The position numbers were made by a program, and so were the translations under genes. Below, piece by piece: positions 1-12,995 of a stretch of 64,000 nucleotides of DNA (position 1 is the first letter of the stretch; every line of letters begins with the position of its first letter). This DNA is from Raillietiella orientalis (taxonomy: Eukaryota): contig JAYWIR010000003.1 of the NCBI GenBank assembly GCA_036172245.1, forward strand, positions 4,340,001-4,404,000, written 5' to 3'. Below the pieces are notes generated by a model that saw only the letters and a list, made by a program, of their open reading frames with translations, ran no database searches and had not been told where the DNA came from.

Positions 1-828
1 GGGGTTCGCACAGCCACTCGCTGGTTTCCGGGCAGCGCACCCCACTCTCGTGGTTCAGGTTCCTCGGATGACTGGGTACGCCGGCCGCAAGCTTCCTCCG
101 TCGCGAGAGAGCTTCCGAAAGATGGACCCTCCCTGGAGGTGGTGCATCCTGGTTACACTCGCTCGGCCGCTCACGCGCGTCTGCATAGAAGAGGGCCCGG
201 AGTGTTGCTGCTCGGTCGGGGGAAGGAGGAAGGAAAGGGTGAAGGGAGGAAGAATGACTTTCTGCCTCCCTGATGAAGACGACTCCGAGAGGAAACCGCT
301 CGTTGCTAAGGTTACTCTGCGGCGTGGCGTGCTGTTTCTCGCATCACAGCCTGCATTCTCGCGGAGCGTCGTCCTCTGTGTGTCGGAGAGCAGCCGTTAA
401 TCCCGCGATGGATCCCGGGAGCACGCTCTCCCGCAGAGAGCGCGCCAAGCCGGATGGCGCGCGCCTGCCGCTTCCTCGTTCCGGAGGGGAAAGGGGAATG
501 CACCCCGGCTCGCCGGAGCGCCTTCACTCCTGGAAAATGGAAAAAAAAAAAAAGAGAGGGAGAGCGAAGAGAGGAGAGGGAGGCGAGAAGGCAAACGATC
601 CCTGGGGGCACGTCGCCCATTCCTTTTGTTTGGAAGCAGAGCACGCTCGCGTACGCGCAGGACGGATGTGGCCACACCGGCAACGGGCGGACGCCGGAGA
701 ACGTCGGCGAACACGCACGCGCGTTGCACGAAGAGCCAGGCCCATCCACGCCACGGGATGAAAGAGATCCTCCTCTGCTGCTCGGTGCGCGGCCCTCCCC
801 GGCGAGACGACAGCAATGCAACATCCCA

Positions 829-899
829 GATGGCTGCAGATTCGGGAACGGCCGACCTTTCAGTCCGCTTGGTCGGCCGTTCCCGAATCTGCAGCCATC
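829..899. repeat. Perfect 29-bp inverted repeat (hairpin), 13-nt loop
   Basis: GATGGCTGCAGATTCGGGAACGGCCGACC (829-857) is the exact reverse complement of 871-899. Confidence 0.97.
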
Positions 900-1239
900 C
901 GGGTCGGAGAAATGCCCGGGTTTTCTCTTCTGCAGCAAAGCAGATCCTCCTACCTAGTCTTTCAAGGAGGTCTCCCCGCGGAGGAAGTCTTTTTTGGTAT
1001 CGAGGAACCCCACAGGGTCTTCCAACAAGCCTTTTCGTTCCCTCCGCGTTAGCACTCATCCTGCCTGCTTCCCCTCCCCTCGCCCCTCCCCTCTCCGAGG
1101 TCGGTCAGGCTGCGCCAGACATCCACATCTCTGTCCCGGCACCCGACAAGATTCATCCCTCTCCGAGGTTCGCCGGCGCTCTTCACTCAGGAACCACCCG
1201 TGGGATAGGACGAGGAGGGAGCCGCGCGCGTGGTCTGCC

Positions 1240-1400
1240 GGGACACTCAGGCGCTGAGGGAAGAGGGAAGGAAAAGGAAGAAGGATGAGGAAGAGAAAAA
1301 GGGAGGAAGGGAGGAGGAAGAGGAAGGGAAGAAGAAGGATAGAGGAAGGACGTCCATCCATCCTTTGGCAGCCTTCGCCTTCTTTGGAGTGCAGAGGCTT
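1240..1400 (-). repeat. Dispersed repeat (second LINE leader type), copy 1
   Basis: Purine tract + 'cgtccatccatcctttggcagccttcgccttctttggagtgcagagg' matches 'cgtccgtccatcctctggcagaatttctcctccttcggcgtgcagagg' near 10050-10092. Confidence 0.75.
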
Positions 1401-2497
1401 TCCAGGCCTTCAACACCCCCTCCCCCTCCCTTCTCTTCCCTTCTGCTCAGAGCGAAACGCCTCATTCTCCAGTGGAGTCTGCATTTATCCTTCTCTTCAA
1501 AGAGCGCTGCCCCCACAGAGCTGGGAAGGGAAGGGGGCATTCCAGCAACGGGAGTCCTTGACCTCGAGCCGCTACCCCCCACCTCTGCTGGAGGCGGTGG
1601 GTGGTCAGGAAGCCAATTCTCCGACTTCACTCCCGCGCTCCTTCGGAATTCCGCAGTGACCACGTCTGCGGATCCCCGACTCAGCAACAGGGGACCCTCC
1701 CCAGGACGGATCGGGGAAACTCCTTGGTGGGGCTTGCGCTGGGCAAGACAAGGCGTTGGGAATGACAGCGAATCTCCCGTATGAAGGCGGTGGAGGGAAG
1801 AAGGGGCGAGGGAAGCTGCTCATATGGGATTGCGAATAACAGCGACCGGCGGCGCACTCCAGGGAACAGCGCGCGTCCCTCACCTTCGCCTGCGTTTCGG
1901 TGCTCTCGAGGGAGGCAGCAGAATGGAGGGGCACGAACCCTCCCCTCTGGAAGAGAGCTCCCGAAGTCTCCCTCCGCCCACGGATCACAGGATGGAGGAG
2001 GGGTGCAAGGACTCTGCAGCTTTTCGGGTCCTCGCGTCTCCTCCTCGCCATGGACCCGAGCGAACGGAGAGATCTCGCGCGGGGTGGCGAGAGCAGGGAG
2101 GGTTTGCCCGGCGCGCGAGTCCTGACCTCTGGAAGGGGACCGCCGCCGCCGTCCTCTCCCCAGGAGAGCTCTCGCCCTCCCGCTGACTCATCCTCGAGAT
2201 TCGTGGAGGGGGCGTCACTCTCGGGAAGTGAGACGTCTCGGAAGAAAGTCAACCCTTTCGCGCTTTATGGCAGGGGAAAGGGGCGGATGTCCCGGACGGC
2301 TTTTAACAAGGTCTCTTCTCGGCTCCCGGAAAGATGCATTGCTCTGCAACGGTCTAGAGCGGCTCTTCACGGCGGCCTGCGGTGGTGCGAGGAAGCTTCG
2401 CGCGTGTTCCTCCGGGGTGCTCCCACTGTGTCTGTGAGCGAAAGGGAAATGAAAGGAGGAGGGGGGAGCAAGAGTTAGACCTCTGAAATTTGGGGAC

Positions 2498-5400
2498 ATT
2501 TCCACCCAGTGACGCCGGAACGTTTATTAGAAAAAAAAAAAGGAAACCACAAGTCAGAGGGGGGCGGCGTCCCCTAAATACAAGAATGGCAAAAAGAAAG
2601 TTCATTGGAGGTGACCGCCTGCACGCAGACCGGCTTCTACAAAAGTAGGGTACAGAGGGAGGGGACAATAAATACATAAAAAATACGGGAGGGGAGGGAC
2701 AAGGGTCTTTGGCTTCCATCGTGCCTTTCTTTCTAGAAGCGGCTGCGTATGGCGACTTTCTTTGGCTTCTTGCAGGCCAGATCAACTTGCGGCCGTTCTC
2801 ATCGAGGCGGCTGCCATGCTGGTGGACTCCCATCGCTGCGAACGAGACTCCAGCACATGGCGAACTGTCACCATGGCGCAGATGCAGCATCTCGTTGTGA
2901 TCCATGGGGCATGGCGACAGCTCGCCTTGACTCAAGAAGCGCCGAAGCCTTGGGAGTCCTGCGGTCGACGGAGCGCCGGAGAGAGTCTCCACCACATGCC
3001 CTCCAGGGCGCTGAGGTCCAACAGGAGGTGTGGGAACGATTCCGTCGTCCCGCACCTTCAACAGTGAGGGGAGGCAACTCCTCCGGAAAGGAGTTGACTG
3101 CACTGATTGCACTGAATGGTGCAGAAACATCAAAAAGAACATACTCACCGTAACGGGTGCACCGTAGTCTTGTGCACAAGGTACCACGAGTTCTTCTGAA
3201 GGTTCACCGAAGGAGTCCCTTCGCCCGGAAACGAGCAATGATGGCTTTCACCAACTCGCTCGTCTTGCAGCCGTCGAGGAGTTTCTGGACTCCTGACATT
3301 TTCGGGAGAACTCCCATCCTGCCGGTTGTCTGCAATTATTGTTTGTCTCGAGGACAGACAGTGCTGTGGCAAGGGATGTGACGGCTATCCGGGACCACTG
3401 CTTCAAGTCCTGCAGGAAATCTCCTAGCGGCTTGAATGGAAGTTTCCGCACGCACTTCCAAAGTGGCAGCCTGGGACTCCCGTGTCTCCTGTCGTCAGAC
3501 GCTGAGGGCAGTTTTGGGGGCAGCAGGAGATCCACAGGTGAGCTACCAGAAGTGAGGAAAAATGCCTCGGGGGGCAACCAAAACCAGTCCTCATATGGAC
3601 GGGTTGCGTGGCAGCAGCAAAAAAAGTCCTTGTGCTCTTCCAGCGTATCGCCGGAGAATGTGGCGTGCCGGAACACACCAATGACCAGTCCATAATTTGC
3701 CACAAAGGGTCAAAAGTCGAAACTGCACCTGCAGCCCGAACTTGTGGATGGTCAGGATGCCCAAGCCGGCATCATGGCGCGGCACTACCAAGTCTTTTAG
3801 TTGGATCCGAGAAGAGAGGGAGGGAAAAAGGACGCTGCGCCTATTTTCTGCTCTTGCTGCCCAATGCCTACGCCAAGCTGCGCATGGGTCTCCGTGTCGA
3901 ATTCGGGGCGTTCCAGGCGCGTTTATGGACCCTCGACCATTTGGCGCCCGGCGGCGGAAGGAGCAGAGTGGAGCCGCTCTGAGGCGCTGAAGAAGGCGAG
4001 GTCACCCAAGGAGAGCAAAAAGAAAGAGCAGAAGTATAGGAGCCTGCTGGCCGCCCACGGAGTCGCCTGAAGAATGCTGCTGGCGTCCATATTCTCAGGC
4101 TCTGGTGCGGTGGTTGGCTCTGCTCCGGCCTTACCAGAAACGATTCGGGGGTGTCTCTCAATCTCAGTGAGCTCTGGGATACCTCCGCAATCTTCGTACC
4201 AGCGAGCTCGTGCTGCTCCTGACCTCTGCGAAACAGTCCGACTGTGAGGGTCCGGGTCACGTGACCATACTTCGCAGCCCCCTTGTGGTCTCGAAACTGA
4301 AAAAAATCTCTCTAGGGCAACCCTACTGCAAGCTTTCTTCAGTTCGGAGAAGAAGGCAGGAAGGGAGGGGAAACGATCAAGGGAGCTCTTCTGGAATGAG
4401 GAGCCTTCAAGAGGGCCCCATAAGATTGTCCGCGAAGTTCATCGTTCTCCAACGTGAGCGGTTGGGAGAGTCGCGTTCCGTAGGATCAGCTGATCTGTTT
4501 CAGCACTCAGGAAGCAAATTAGGAGCTGAGGCTGGGCATAGCTGGTTGCCATGACGTGAAGAACAAGAAAAAGTAGAGATGATAAAGACGCTCTCGGGTG
4601 CGAGCGCCTCAGTTTCCTCGATACGCGCTGCGGCAGCGGTAGCCTCCGGGACTAGGGGAAAAAAAAAAAGTACCCGAAATCAATGTCGAGGTGGAAGCAA
4701 TTGCTGTTCCAGAGATGTATCATCCTGGAGCTTACGAGAACTTTTGCTTGTGTGATCTTTTCCTGCTTGCTTGGTCCGTCCTTCGCCTCCTGTCCTCTGG
4801 CTGCTCTTATCTTGACGATTCCCTCGTAATTGCAGCATCCTCTCCGCTTCCGCCGTCAGCTCTGGACCGATTCTGAGACTCTTTTGATGACTAGAGGATG
4901 ACCACGCTGGAGCCATCCTTCACCGCCGACGAGATAGGGAAGTTCCTTCACTACTCATCATTTTATCGCGAGCGATACGACCTTGGACGACTCCGTGAAA
5001 GAGAGACGGCAGAAAGGGTCTTGGCAACGGGATCTTTGGTAGAATTCTTAGGAAAAGTGATCATCTTTCAATCTCTTCCTCTTTCCTCTATCCGTTCCCT
5101 TTTCGGCTTGAGCATCACCAGAAGTTCGCTCGTACCTCCAGAGACTTCGAAGGAACAAGGAAGCAGACTGCAAGCATCCCTCCTACCACATCAGAGGGCC
5201 GCTTTCGGTGGACAGGAGTCCGATTCTCTCTTTCCGGTCTGGAGAGGAAAGGGCGCGGCGCTTTTACGCCAAAGACCTTTGGAGCGTTCCGCTTATCCTT
5301 TCCACCCGAAACACTTGACTTCTTGCGATCTCCCCTCTCCCTGGAGTATGCATCAGGCACAGGTTCCATCTTCCTGCTCATTCTCCTGCACTATGTGACT

Positions 5401-7760
5401 TCTCGAAAGATAGGTCCGAAGGGTTACTGCTGCTATCTGAACCCGCCCGCGGAGGACCCGCGCTTTGGAGTTTGTGGCAATCGCAGAACGCTTCGAAGGT
5501 CAAATCTCTGAAAGACCTCAGCGGTGCGCTGGTCTCAACCGCAAGGAGATCAACCTGGATGGAGCGAACCTCTGTTCCCTACGCCTCCCTGACGGCCGGG
5601 TGCCGTGGGACTCCGCAAGGAACTCTAGCCGTCGCTTTTTTCCCAACCTTTCTCTTAATGGCGACCGCCGAGAGGAGTGAGGATGACTTCTTCGGACTCC
5701 ATTGGTGCCTGCTGTGGGACGTGGAAAAAGTTCGTGCTGAAAAACGAAAGACTTGCTATCCTTTCCGAACCCAGTTCTCGTCCCTGGAGCGCGCTTTTCC
5801 TCCCTGTCCGTGCCCGCTAAGATCGTTGGATTCGTCTCCCGGGACCACAAAGTCATCATTTCATCCTAGCAACTTCTCCTCTCCGGCTCCACGTAAGCCT
5901 TCCGAGGGTGTTTCTGAATCGCAGTGCGCTCCAGGAAGACCTCAGAGTTCCGCAGCAGTGGCACAGTGCTTTCTGGACAGCTCCACGGCAGAGGATCGAA
6001 AAGTACCGCCTTGGGGAATCGATCGTGGGTCATGTAGGCACAGCCTGTCCAGTTGTTCGTGTCAGCAGGCGGGATTTTCAGTTCTTCTCGAACTGAAAAT
6101 CCCTCCCGAAGAAGAACCCGAAGAAGGAACCTCAGCATCTTTTGGATGCAGTTCTTCTCAGGCTGCATCCACAAGATGCTGAGGTTCCTTCTATTTGGTC
6201 TGCCTTCCAGCTGGAATTGTCTTTCCCAAAAGTGTTCCTTACAGGAATGAGCAAGAAAGAATTGGTACTCTTCCGGGTATTTTTGTTTTCCTCCTGCCTT
6301 TCATTCACGGGTCTCCTGAGGTTAGCACTGCATTTGTGCGCTGAAGGATGAATCCTTCAGGAGATTGCCAGTTCGGCTCACTCGACCATCTGTTAGACCT
6401 CCCGGTAACTTCGATGTCCACCAACACTTTGGACATCTCCCTGCTGATTTCGCAAGAGAAGTGGAAGATCATTGGACGTGTCCTCTCTTCCTGTTTCCAA
6501 TCCTCCACTGCAAGGCTTCTAAGCAACCTGTCCAGTGCCATGGGAGTCCTTCGACCATGGCATGGGTTGGTTGCATTTGACAGAAATCAAAGGCGCGTCT
6601 CACATCTCTTTGAAGTTCACTGCATTCAAGTCCCATCGCTGGTGGCGCATGTACGTGGTCCTTCCTTTACTCTCCTTTTTCCTGCAATCACCTCAGGAAG
6701 CCTCGGGTCGGGTGCGAGTCAAAGTTTCGAGGCGGCCGGATGCTGCATGACCATGCCTGCATGCCGGCGTGGACCGTAAAGACAGTCCGTAAAGAAAGAC
6801 ACCAAGGGATTTAATCTTAAGATTCAAGGAGATAAGCGCAGTATCTTTCTACAATTGGAGGATTCGATGGATGCTGAAAGTGTTCAGTCATGCTGAGAGC
6901 TGCTGAGATTTTTGGCTGTGCAAAAGAATTATGGCATCTTTGTACTGCTGGGAATCCCATCAGCATTCTTCTGGAAGGAAAGGAAACTTATTCATGCTGG
7001 AGGTTCTTTTGAACAGTAATGACGGCGAATCCTCTTGAATTGACATTCGGGAAGTCTAGCTGAACAAGTTCTTTCCTAACGGGTTTGCAACCTCTTAATG
7101 CCCTGATCTTCCTTCCGGATTGAGAGGATGATAATCTTCCATCCAGCAGTTACCAGATCCGGAGCAAATACTTCATCCTCACTCCGACGAGAACGGCCAA
7201 TGAGAACTTCTATTTTACAACTAGCGGACAGAAAATGGCCATCCTGGATTTCGCGCAGTCACCTGTGTTTCCTTCTTGACACGTGGGTCGGCGTTCGGAA
7301 GGACAGAATCCCAGATCCATCCAGAAAGGCGGAATTTCTCGTCTCGGAAAGTGGGGCGAGCTTTGCCTCTACGTCAGAGGTGTCTGGAGTAGGAAGGTTC
7401 CTGTTTTCCCTTGGGAGTGAACCACTTCCTCCAAGAGCCTACTTCGTAGTAGGGTCTTAGTGTCCCTTGAATATGGGCAAAGCCATCCTGATATTCGGGA
7501 AGCAACTCAATGAAATCTTCGTTGAGCTCTTTGGAAATCTCTCCATCTGGAAAATACAAGGGGAACGCAACATCTTGGATGCGAAGCCTGAGATGGTCTA
7601 GCTGAGATCAATTATCCTCACCTTGGCTTTAAGAACATGAGCATCTAAACCACTAGCGAAGTGAAAAGAAAAGCCGTTCCAAAATCATCCCGAAAATCAC
7701 ATCCCTGAAATATGAAAGTGCCTGAATGCCAAAAGCATTCCCGATCGAGGTGATGATTGG
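2498..7760 (-). mobile_element. Decayed L1/Tx1-clade LINE (ORF1, endonuclease, partial RT, zf-RVT, 3' end), internally deleted
   Basis: zf-RVT 'C*RCGTTESFPHLLLD' (~2990-3075). 'LKDLVVPRHDAGLGI' GGLG motif (~3760-3800). RT start 'GTKIAEVSQSSLRLRDTPESFLVRPEQS' (~4100-4210). ORF1-like 'FPLYFPDGEISKEL...FAHIQGTLRPYY' (~7440-7570). AATAAA and U-rich 3' UTR at ~2520-2700. May be more than one element. Confidence 0.7.
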
Positions 7761-7999
7761 AGTCACTGCTGGTAGTATCCACGAAACATGCTGCTAGAGG
7801 GAACACCTCCTTGCACCCGGTTTTTGACGGACCACAGACGACACGCTGCATATATAGGGAACCAGGATGGCGCTAACTTTGGTAAGTTCGAGCCGAGGAA
7901 CTCCTCGCGATGGTCCGAGAATCGCCTTTCGGGAATGCCGAGTGACTGATCACAGCACTGCATTGATGAAAAAGGAGAGAGCTGTGATGCATCCCGTCT

Positions 8000-9090
8000 C
8001 GTAGTGCGCTTTGCATGGCGCTTTTGCATCGGGCACCAGATGCTCGGACGGACAGATGTGGCGCCGGGTGTCGACATGGATTCTTCAGGGAAGCACCTCT
8101 GGCATCTGCTGCTCTTCGAGTCTCCACGCTTTTCCTGTGCTGAGCCACTCTCCGTTTCCCTCTTCGGCTGCAGTTGGGGTACCGTTTTCCTTCCTCTTCC
8201 TGTTTCGGAAAAACCGCATCCCCGACAATATCGGGTGACGTCTGGATATGCAGGGATCTGTGCCCTCTCTCGACAACCGAGGAGTAGGGCGTTCAGGCAG
8301 AAGAGCTGTATGGATGCTTTTCTGCTGTGTGTGCGATCTGAGTGCTGCCCTGGTCAAGGCGCTCGTCTGCCGAGGGCGGGTAGTAAGCCAAAGGACTCTC
8401 CGCAAGAAGAAAGGCAGACGAGGTGTGCTCGGACACCTTCAGCATTGGGAGGTTCCAGCGGCCAGCTTTTTTCCACTGCGGATCAGGAAATACTGCACAA
8501 ACGGATTTTAGGACGCAGCAACCAGTTGAAGTCAGAGGCGAACCTCATCTTCGGCGGGGAAGAAACGGCTCAGAACGTGAAAGGAGGCCCTGATGGGGAT
8601 CTCTAAAAGCCCAGAGGTTTCTGGGTACAAAAGGCAGCGGATAGCTTCTGGTCAAGGACCCCACGACGATCGCCGCCCCCGCAAGCTAAGGATACCACCG
8701 CATTTCCCCGATCTCGTAAAAGGGGGTCACTCGGGACTCTGGACCGGGTGCCCGCTTCCTTACAGTGAGCACAACTCTTCTTACGAGCGAAGGGATGGAC
8801 ACCCGCTGCACGCAGCTCGTGCGCGATCTGAAGGCATCTTCGGCATCTGTCCCTTCGGAGACTCCCTCCTACCGCTTCTTAGACAGACAACGAAGGCGAT
8901 GGCGGCAAGCCTTCGCAGCAACCCGAAGGACGCAGCAGCTTCCGTTTGGTTTCTGAACACGTACGCCTTCGCAGGACGCCATTACTGTTGCAGCAGAGAT
9001 AAGAATGTATCAGCAGAAGGCAGATTCCTCTCCTTTGTGTGGATGAGGAGCGTGAGGATGCGTGATACGTGTCCCGCTTTCTGAGACTCA
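8000..9090 (-). mobile_element. Decayed LINE endonuclease/ORF1 fragment
   Basis: 'IQLFCLNAP' resembles the APE 'xxYAP' motif (~8290-8320); weak Cys/His remnants near 8900. Confidence 0.3.
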
Positions 9091-9099
9091 TTTTTTATC

Positions 9100-10095
9100 G
9101 GGATCACGTGCTCTCCATCGCATCAACGAAAGGAAGGAACCAAGGGGAAAAAAAGGAAAAAGAATGGGGGTTCCGATGAAAACGCATCCGCAGAAAAGGA
9201 AATCGTGAAGGAGGAGTCCTCTTTGAGGACGTGAAACCTGGAGAAATTATTCCGGGATCCTCCTTACAGGAGAAACGTGTACGGGCAATGTCTTTGTCCA
9301 CTCGCTTCTCCAGGACGCTGCTGGAAGCTCCCGAGCGCTTTCTCTGAAAAGATCGCGGGTGGGAAGTGGTCTTTCCGTTGTCCATGGTAATCTTCCCCCT
9401 GTCCGGTACTGCAGGACATCGCCCTGCCATCCTTCGCGAATCCTTGTCCTTTCTGCGAGGTAAAAGACACCAGAACACCAGGAACGTACGGGAACCGGCT
9501 AGGCGCAGAGACGGCGCAGTACAGCTTCCAGCGCCTCCGAGGGGTACGTACCCTAAATTCACCACGCTTCCCTGGACACCGCGCAAGCCTCCGCGCAATG
9601 GAACGCCAGGATCCACCTGTGGCCCCAAGCGACGCGGCATGCCCGCTTGGCGCCAATAGCGGAACCGCGCTCCCGACAAAGTCCTCACCTGGACAGGGAC
9701 CACCTCGCTCTGGAACGCTAGCAGCCCACCTGCCCTCGGACAGCAGCGCCTCAGCGGCTCCGACCCCGTGCAACCTCTGGGGAGAGGCCTCCGCAGGAGG
9801 TGCGACGCCAGGAATCTTAGCGAGCGGGCACGCGCCCCGCCATCCTTGCAGCGCGTCCTCCCTGTGGGAGTGCGGTCGAAGTGTCCAACCGGAGGCGCTC
9901 TCCTCGCGATGGGGTTTCCCGTGCAACCAACGCCGCCGTCACCGGGAGGGAGGGAGCACTTGGGGCTTCGGGGGCAGAAGGGGAGGAAGAGGAAATAGAA
10001 GTGAAGGGGGAAGAGGGGAAGGAGAAATGGATGGAGGATGAGGAGCGTCCGTCCATCCTCTGGCAGAATTTCTCCTCCTTCGGCGTGCAGAGGAG
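9100..10095 (-). mobile_element. Decayed LINE leader + ORF1 remnant
   Basis: ORF 9104..9703 'GLRGVQGSVVNLGYVP...GSRTFLVFWCLLPRR' resembles Tx1 ORF1; 5' segment homologous to 1240-1400. Confidence 0.45.
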
Positions 10096-10449
10096 GAGAA
10101 CGTGGTGGGACGGTCTCGCTCGTCTTCCGAAGAGGAGGACGCCCAGATCGCGGGAAGAGAAGACGCAGGACAGAAAGAAAGCCCTTCTTGCTCCCTTATT
10201 TCCCGGACGCACTCTCCCTCGACTGTGGTTTCTTTTTTTATCTGCGCGTGTTGCCTCCCATCCCCCCTCGTGAGGTGCGCCTACCTGGCTCACTTTTTGC
10301 TCGTCTGCAGGGCGGCACACGTGTCAGCGTTTCTCGAGTCGTGCCCTGAGGGCGCGTGCAAGTGCACGTTCTGTTTGTCATCCTTAACAACGGCGTAGCT
10401 TCGCAGATAGGAGCTCGTTAGCTTCGTGGAGGTCACCTCGGATCTTTGC

Positions 10450-11740
10450 ATCAGGGAGCAGCAGGAGGAGAGGGAAGTCAGCAAGCCCTGAAGGACCCCT
10501 TGACGTCGTGCGCTCTCCGGTGAGCTGCGGGAATACCCGCGCCGCGCTTACCGGTCTGCACGAGGGACCCTGGTCTGGTCCCCGACCGTGCAAGTCGAGA
10601 GAGAGGAACGCCTGGAGCGCAAGCAGCGCACTGGACCACTCGAATTTTAACGGGAGCCCCAAATGAGACGGTAGTGAACTTCTCGCACCTGCGGCCAAGA
10701 GTGCAGGCGGAGCGTGTGGCCGCAGGGGCTCGTTGCCTCGACACGGGTCGTGTCGACGGGGGGCCACGAGCAGCGGCGGACGCAACTCTCCACGAGCTGT
10801 CTCCGTACACAGTGGCGGAGGATGAGGACGGATGCTCTCTGTCCCCTCCACTGCAAAAGAACCCGGCCTTCCTGTGGGAACCGCGTCTCTCCCCCGTTTA
10901 CGGGAGAACCTGGAATCTCCTGGGGGCTGGCTCCGCGGCACACTCGGTGGGTGCGGGAGAAGGATTCAGTGGCAACAGTCTTCCCTAAGCGCAACGCCCT
11001 TTTCAACGGGGCTTCTTGGATCTGCTGCCTGCTCGTTCGTGAGCATATCCAAGGGACGTTTGGGAGAGCTGAACGGTTTCCTGGAATGTTCAAGACGCCC
11101 TTTTCATCGGAGGCCCCTTCTAACACCTTGCTGGGATGGGGGACGCTGTCTCGAGGAGGCCTAAAGGGTTCGAAGGTGAGTGAGGCTGCGGTACAACCTG
11201 AAGTGTCGCCGGAAGTGGATCACGTGATGGCTTCCCGCTTGCTCACGCGTCCTCCCCCACCTCTGAGCGCATACGGCGTGTCTCAGAGCTCTCATTTATC
11301 TACTTTTTGAGGTGAGGATGGAGATGTTTCGAGCTTCCCTGATGCCTCTCCTGCGTCCATGCCAACTCTGTGGTGTTCCTCTGTCACCTCGACTGAAGCC
11401 CGTCAACGCATGAAGCTCTCCCGCCGCAGTCTGCCAACAGCTACTCATTTATGCTTCCCGGTTGGCTCCTGCGCCATGCTGGGGCAAGCTGCCATCGGTC
11501 GTCGTGCAGGAGGATGCAAATTCAAACACGCCGTCGAACCCCCTGGCATGCAAGAATCGATGCCCTCTTCCCTTGAACCAGCCACCAGCATCTGAAAGAT
11601 GATGGCGTCGGATGAGAGCCGTGCCTTCTCGTGAAGACCTCATTGGAGCGTTCACAGGAAGTAGTCCCAGGGCGCATGAAATGAAGAACTGGTCATGCTG
11701 GATGTCATTTTAAAGACAAACTGATGGCCCCCGTGGGCAC
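10450..11740 (+). mobile_element. Decayed LINE ORF1 remnant
   Basis: 'TRILTGAPNETVVNFSHL' and a downstream 'GEPG' knuckle-like remnant. Confidence 0.35.
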
Positions 11741-11741
11741 G

Positions 11742-12995
11742 CTAAATCCGCGCCCTTTCGACGTCGGAATCGCGGTCCCTCGCCGTCAGCTCCCAGCATT
11801 CTGAGATTTCGAAAGAGAAAAGGACTTCTCGACTACTAGGGGGCCCTTCTGAGAAACTCCTTGCCGGCAAGCAGCTGGATACCCGGATAAACAGGAAAGG
11901 GAAGACGTTCCATTGAAAATCTTGATCATGGTCGGGATAACCTGGAGTGACACCTTTAATGTCGCAGAACCCAGTTTTAAAGGGCAGTTTTAAATGAGAT
12001 CTGCCTATGATGTGGTGGGTATTAGTGAACCCTGTCTGGACAAGCCAAAGAAACAGGGAACGCAGGAAGAGTCCTGAAGCTGCCCCGCCGCGAACATAGG
12101 TCGCTATGTGCGACGAGAAACGCGAATCGGACAGCCCACAAGCTGCTGGCACCCTCCGAAGTCCCCCTCAGCAGAGATGACGCGTGTCGAGCGGAGCCTC
12201 CTCGCGTATGGTTGAAGCCCGTAGCACCCGAATGACCTCGACCTATCTCGCCACCTCAGGCGAGTGGCAAACCCCGACGATAAAGCTCCTGCACTGCCAG
12301 GTCCACGAGCGCCACCACCGGCTCCACTCCGGGAAGCAGAACACGCGCTGCGTTGGGTCACGGAACTCCGTTAGACGCCCATCGGATTCCATGAAAGCGA
12401 CCCGGTTGCTATGGAGGACTGCGGGGCTGTGGCAGTCGTGCGGGTCGCAATCCGCGAAGGAGAGTGTCGCCTGTCCAGGCTACCGGTTCTGGAGATGGGT
12501 GAGTGGGTGACGCTCGAGCGTCCAGACGGCGCTCAACCCAACCACCGAGACAGAGCCGGCCCTGCCTCGGGCATTCCCGTCGACCGTTGTTCCCGCCTCC
12601 GGTGAATCGTGAGCTTCCTTCCCCGCCGTCCTGGCGGTGCCTTTTCCTTCCTGTTCCTCACTCCCTTCCCCTGCCTTCGGAGTCGGGAGGACAGCAAGCG
12701 GGGGAACGGGAGACTTCGCAATGTGGATGGAAGCCGGCACAAAGAGTCAGGTTGGTTCGAGAGCGCGGTGGCTGCTGAACCCTTTTGCCTGGAAACCGGA
12801 GACTTTTCTTTCGTGATCACGTGGTGCATGCTCGAGGAACAGAACGGCATCCAGTCAATGAAACCCCTGAGAGCTGATTGATATTCCTGGCAGTCGGCCA
12901 GGAATACGTCCTTCTTAGTGGAGGGTGACTCTGCATGGGAGGAACCCCTGTCCACTGATTTTTGAAAGTGCCAAAATAAATGATTTTAAAAGCAT
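11742..12995 (+). mobile_element. Decayed LINE: ORF1 end, endonuclease start and putative 3' end
   Basis: 'IGQPTSCWH' (ORF1 GQPxTC), 'TIKLLHCQV' endonuclease-like start, AATAAA at ~12975, 10-bp hairpin at 12882-12906. Confidence 0.45.
12048..12735 (+). repeat. ~0.69-kb near-identical direct repeat, copy 1 (copy 2 at 40572-41260)
   Basis: Sequences and translated ORFs (12184..12510 vs 40709..41035) are almost identical, with few substitutions, mostly at the edges. Confidence 0.97.

Larger units (their letters stand above)
590..1400 (-). mobile_element. Decayed L1/Tx1-like LINE 5' part (leader + ORF1 remnant)
   Basis: Minus-strand reading 'GWAWLFVQRACVFADVLRRPPVAGVATSVLRV' resembles Tx1-type ORF1. 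1240-1400 is homologous to 9950-10095, which also precedes an ORF1 remnant. Confidence 0.4.

Noticed and set aside
270..296. Hammerhead-like CTGATGA...GAAAC
   Set aside because: No proper stem II closing the core and no compatible stems I/III found.
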